The notes below the pieces were generated by a model, which made no database searches, was not told the origin of the DNA, and saw only the letters and a program-made list of their open reading frames with translations. From the NCBI GenBank assembly GCA_044892525.1, contig CM097885.1, positions 16,804,001-16,868,000 on the forward strand: a stretch of DNA of 64,000 nucleotides, given 5' to 3'. Made by a program: the position numbers and the translations under genes. Below, in pieces: positions 60,901 through 64,000 of this stretch. Numbering within the stretch: position 1 is the stretch's first letter; each line of letters starts with the position of its first letter. The DNA is from Schmidtea polychroa. Taxonomy: Eukaryota.

Positions 60901-62976
60901 TAATGAGATAAAATTCTTATAAATAGATTTATTATAGTATATCTTTTTTCTCAAAAAAATATTTTAACATTAAGATATTTTTTCAAATTTGATTATTTTA
61001 GTAATTTAAAAAAAATTTAAATGTCCACTAAAGCTCTAAACATTTTTTGTGTGTGTCAAACAAAATGGGTGATAAAGATGTTTTATACTCCATGGAGTGG
61101 CAGATATATTAGGCAATCGATTTAAAGAAAAAGGATACGACAAAGCCTATGTATTATTCAGACAATATCTGATGTTCAAACGAAATAAATGTTATTTTGA
61201 AGAGTGGATTGATTTGTTTTAAAATCATCATTCTTAACATCATATTCTGTTTATAACACAAAAAATAATATTGATTAATTTAGTATTTGTCGTTTTATTG
61301 TCCTACATGATCTTTGTTAATTAAATAAAATGGATAATTATCATTTGCGATAAGCATGTATTTAAGTTTTAAAATTTATAACTTTGAATTTTTTGATATT
61401 AAATTTGAATTTCTATATTTAGATATTATATAATAAGATTTTTTTATCTCTTAATTGGCTAGTGCTTTAGTAGAGTGAAGAGGAATAAAAAATGCATAAA
61501 AAATTATGTGAAAAAAAAATTCAAAATTAATTTAAAATATGAAAAATCAATATTTCTAGGAAAAGTATGTGAGTAGCAAATAAAATAAAGGATTCGAATT
61601 TGATAAGTGGTCCCTAGACTTCTGAACCAAATAAGGAGACACTCGGATAATTATTAAAATAATAATTGAATTTGCTTCAGAAAATCACAATAATGAAAAA
61701 TAAAAAAGAATTACAACACTTTCAAAAATTATTAAACGAGAAATTACGTCTAATCTATTATTAAAAAGGATTGATAGATTTTTATTGATTAGTGGCAATT
61801 CAGATTTGCATTAGTTTAAGGTGGTCTTCAGTCAAAAGGAAATGATTAGTTGTATAATATTGTGGGTATTGTTATATGAAAAATTAAATACTTGTTAATA
61901 ATAAATCTTACACTATAACCTTAAAATAAATAAATTGCATTTTTGAAAAAGAATTTTGTTGTTAATAATAAACAACCTCTTATTATCATAATAATAGAAT
62001 TTAATTTATTCATTTTTATTTTCCTCATTGCTAATTTAATTCCACTTTCAATCGAGATAACTCAATTCTCTCATTCCCAGAAAGTGCCCCTGACGAGGAT
62101 TTCTGTAATTTAATTTAGATTTGCGAGATAACTTTTCATTAGTAATCTAATTTAGATTTGATAGATAATTTAGTTTTTGCTCATGAGAGGTTTGCGAGCA
62201 TCAACCAGACATAACTGAAGGAAATTTCCTTTCAAGTTTGCAGAATTGATGCATACACACACAGTAAGATTTAGTTGTTATTTATTATTCATTTGTTTGA
62301 ATTTCAGAATTTTAAAAGTTATTATTTATCAAGTAAGAGAAATTACCATAGAAAGCCAACAAATCTCCCAATAAAATCCATTCCAAAACAGAAGACAATA
62401 CACGGGATGGCGAAGAGATGTATCCTCCTCGTCACCGTGACCATGCCTATATACGGTTGGCTATAAATGGAAATTTGCAGAAATTTAAATCAAGTTTTTT
62501 TTCTTTTAGAGGATTATTTAACACTTTACTATGGTGGTCAGAACTTATTAATTTATTGTATTGTCATTTCTGAAATAAATTTAAACGAAGATCTCGTGAT
62601 ATTTGAAATATATTGTTACATTAATATATCTGAATGGATAATTTTATCAAAAATCAATTGTTTGGGTTTGTAAATTTTAAATAAATTACTTTTGTAAATG
62701 CTTTTTTTAGTGAAACAATAAAAAGTCCATTTAACTGAAATCGATAAAATTATTTTTTTTGATTTTTCACCTCATTTTTACCTCTTTTGTGAACCCCAAC
62801 AATTGTAACTTTTGAGTTTTGAAATTTATAACTTTGAATTTTTACGAATTTCTAAATTTAGATATTATATAGTAGAATTTTTCATCTCTTAATTGGTTAG
62901 TAATATTGAGGTTATAACTTTTAACAAGGTAAATTGTATATTATAGATAAATAATAACTTTTAAAATCTTTAATAA

Positions 62977-63114
<138 letters not shown>

Positions 63115-63300
63115 GAGTAAGACAACGTAAGTGTGGCAATATGCAAAAAGTGATCAATTCCTAAACTAAAGTAGATCCTATTTCATTCTCACAAGTGAAA
63201 AAAATTTCGAAAAAATTTTATTATCAGAACAATGCGTAATAAGAATATACAAGAATAAAAGTCTGGAAACTATTTTCTAGAATACACCTGGAAGATAGAT

Positions 63301-64000
63301 TCATTTATTGGTCTGAGAAATACGATTCTGTAAAGCTTTGACAGTATTTTCATCAACAGATTGATAATCTACTACACAAAGTTTATCGTAGCCCTCACAG
63401 ATTTGCAAAGTAAACAGTCCACAATTACATTTTACGATATATGTCTGAAAGTCGATGAAAGATTTTTTTAAATTGTCTATAGATTTGGATTTCTTCATTT
63501 CCTGGAAATGTTGAGCAGTGAATCCGATTTCTTTGGTAATGAATTCATCAGCCAAGAAACAATCAACAGTTGCCGTTCCATCGCCTAAAAGTATTTGCAA
63601 ATCCCATCGAAAAAGCTTATTGGCGTCTTCAACAATTTTCAATTTACTGACAAAGGTGAAAATTAACCCCTTGATTTTAAACTGTTTATCAAGAATGTTC
63701 TCCGCGTCAGGCTGGGATAATTCATTGAACACATCAACCAAATAAACAAACGGTTCACTTTTATCAAATGGTTTTTCAGTAGAACTACATGAATTTTCCT
63801 TTTTAATATCTGGTTGAATTAATGAAATATCTTCTGTTTTGATCGATTTTTCAATATCAATCTCATTTGTCAACTCATCCAAAGGGATATTCAAAAATAA
63901 TTCTTCTCCTTCCTCATCGAAATTTTCGACGACCTGTGGAATATCATTGGAAAATGAATTTATTTCGTTTGAGTTTTTAATCCAATCACTTAAATGTAAG
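63301..64000 (-). CDS. RMI1: RMI1 C-terminal OB-fold region (5' part outside window)
   Basis: PFVYL...KIKGLIFTFVSKL...W.LQILLGDGTATVDCFLADEFITKEIGFT; frame open to the window edge. Confidence 0.85.
   Translation of the reverse strand, partial: LHLSDWIKNSNEINSFSNDIPQVVENFDEEGEELFLNIPLDELTNEIDIEKSIKTEDISLIQPDIKKENSCSSTEKPFDKSEPFVYLVDVFNELSQPDAENILDKQFKIKGLIFTFVSKLKIVEDANKLFRWDLQILLGDGTATVDCFLADEFITKEIGFTAQHFQEMKKSKSIDNLKKSFIDFQTYIVKCNCGLFTLQICEGYDKLCVVDYQSVDENTVKALQNRISQTNK

Overview
AT-rich invertebrate genomic DNA with 44-50 nt introns and long (AAT)n/(AT)n tracts. It looks planarian-like, but that is inference only. Host genes: Phox2 homeobox (-), CCDC169 (+, 6 coding exons), AK6 (-) and the 3' part of RMI1 (-), plus HSP90, GLUT, TRAF, hAT and Penelope remnants. 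Positions 24835-56671 are a nested structure. Outer Polinton/Maverick 'A' has ~740-bp TIRs and carries ATPase, chromo-integrase, penton and pPolB; no major capsid or protease is visible. Its right TIR is split by (i) a second, divergent Polinton 'B' (35847-50023, perfect CACTAT TSD; pPolB, penton, protease, ATPase, PLA2-integrase, major capsid) and (ii) a 6.2-kb TG...CA insertion (50078-56298, GATC TSD). Both Polintons are decayed (stops and frameshifts). The most unusual observations are: a TBP-like gene, host-type introns and an AP-1/nuclear-receptor motif array in A; and Pol III A/B-box small-RNA candidates (VA-RNA-like), a ZnF-PLA2-integrase fusion, a PSAP late-domain membrane protein and self-inverted TIRs in B. 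All family calls are by-eye motif recognition; no searches were run.
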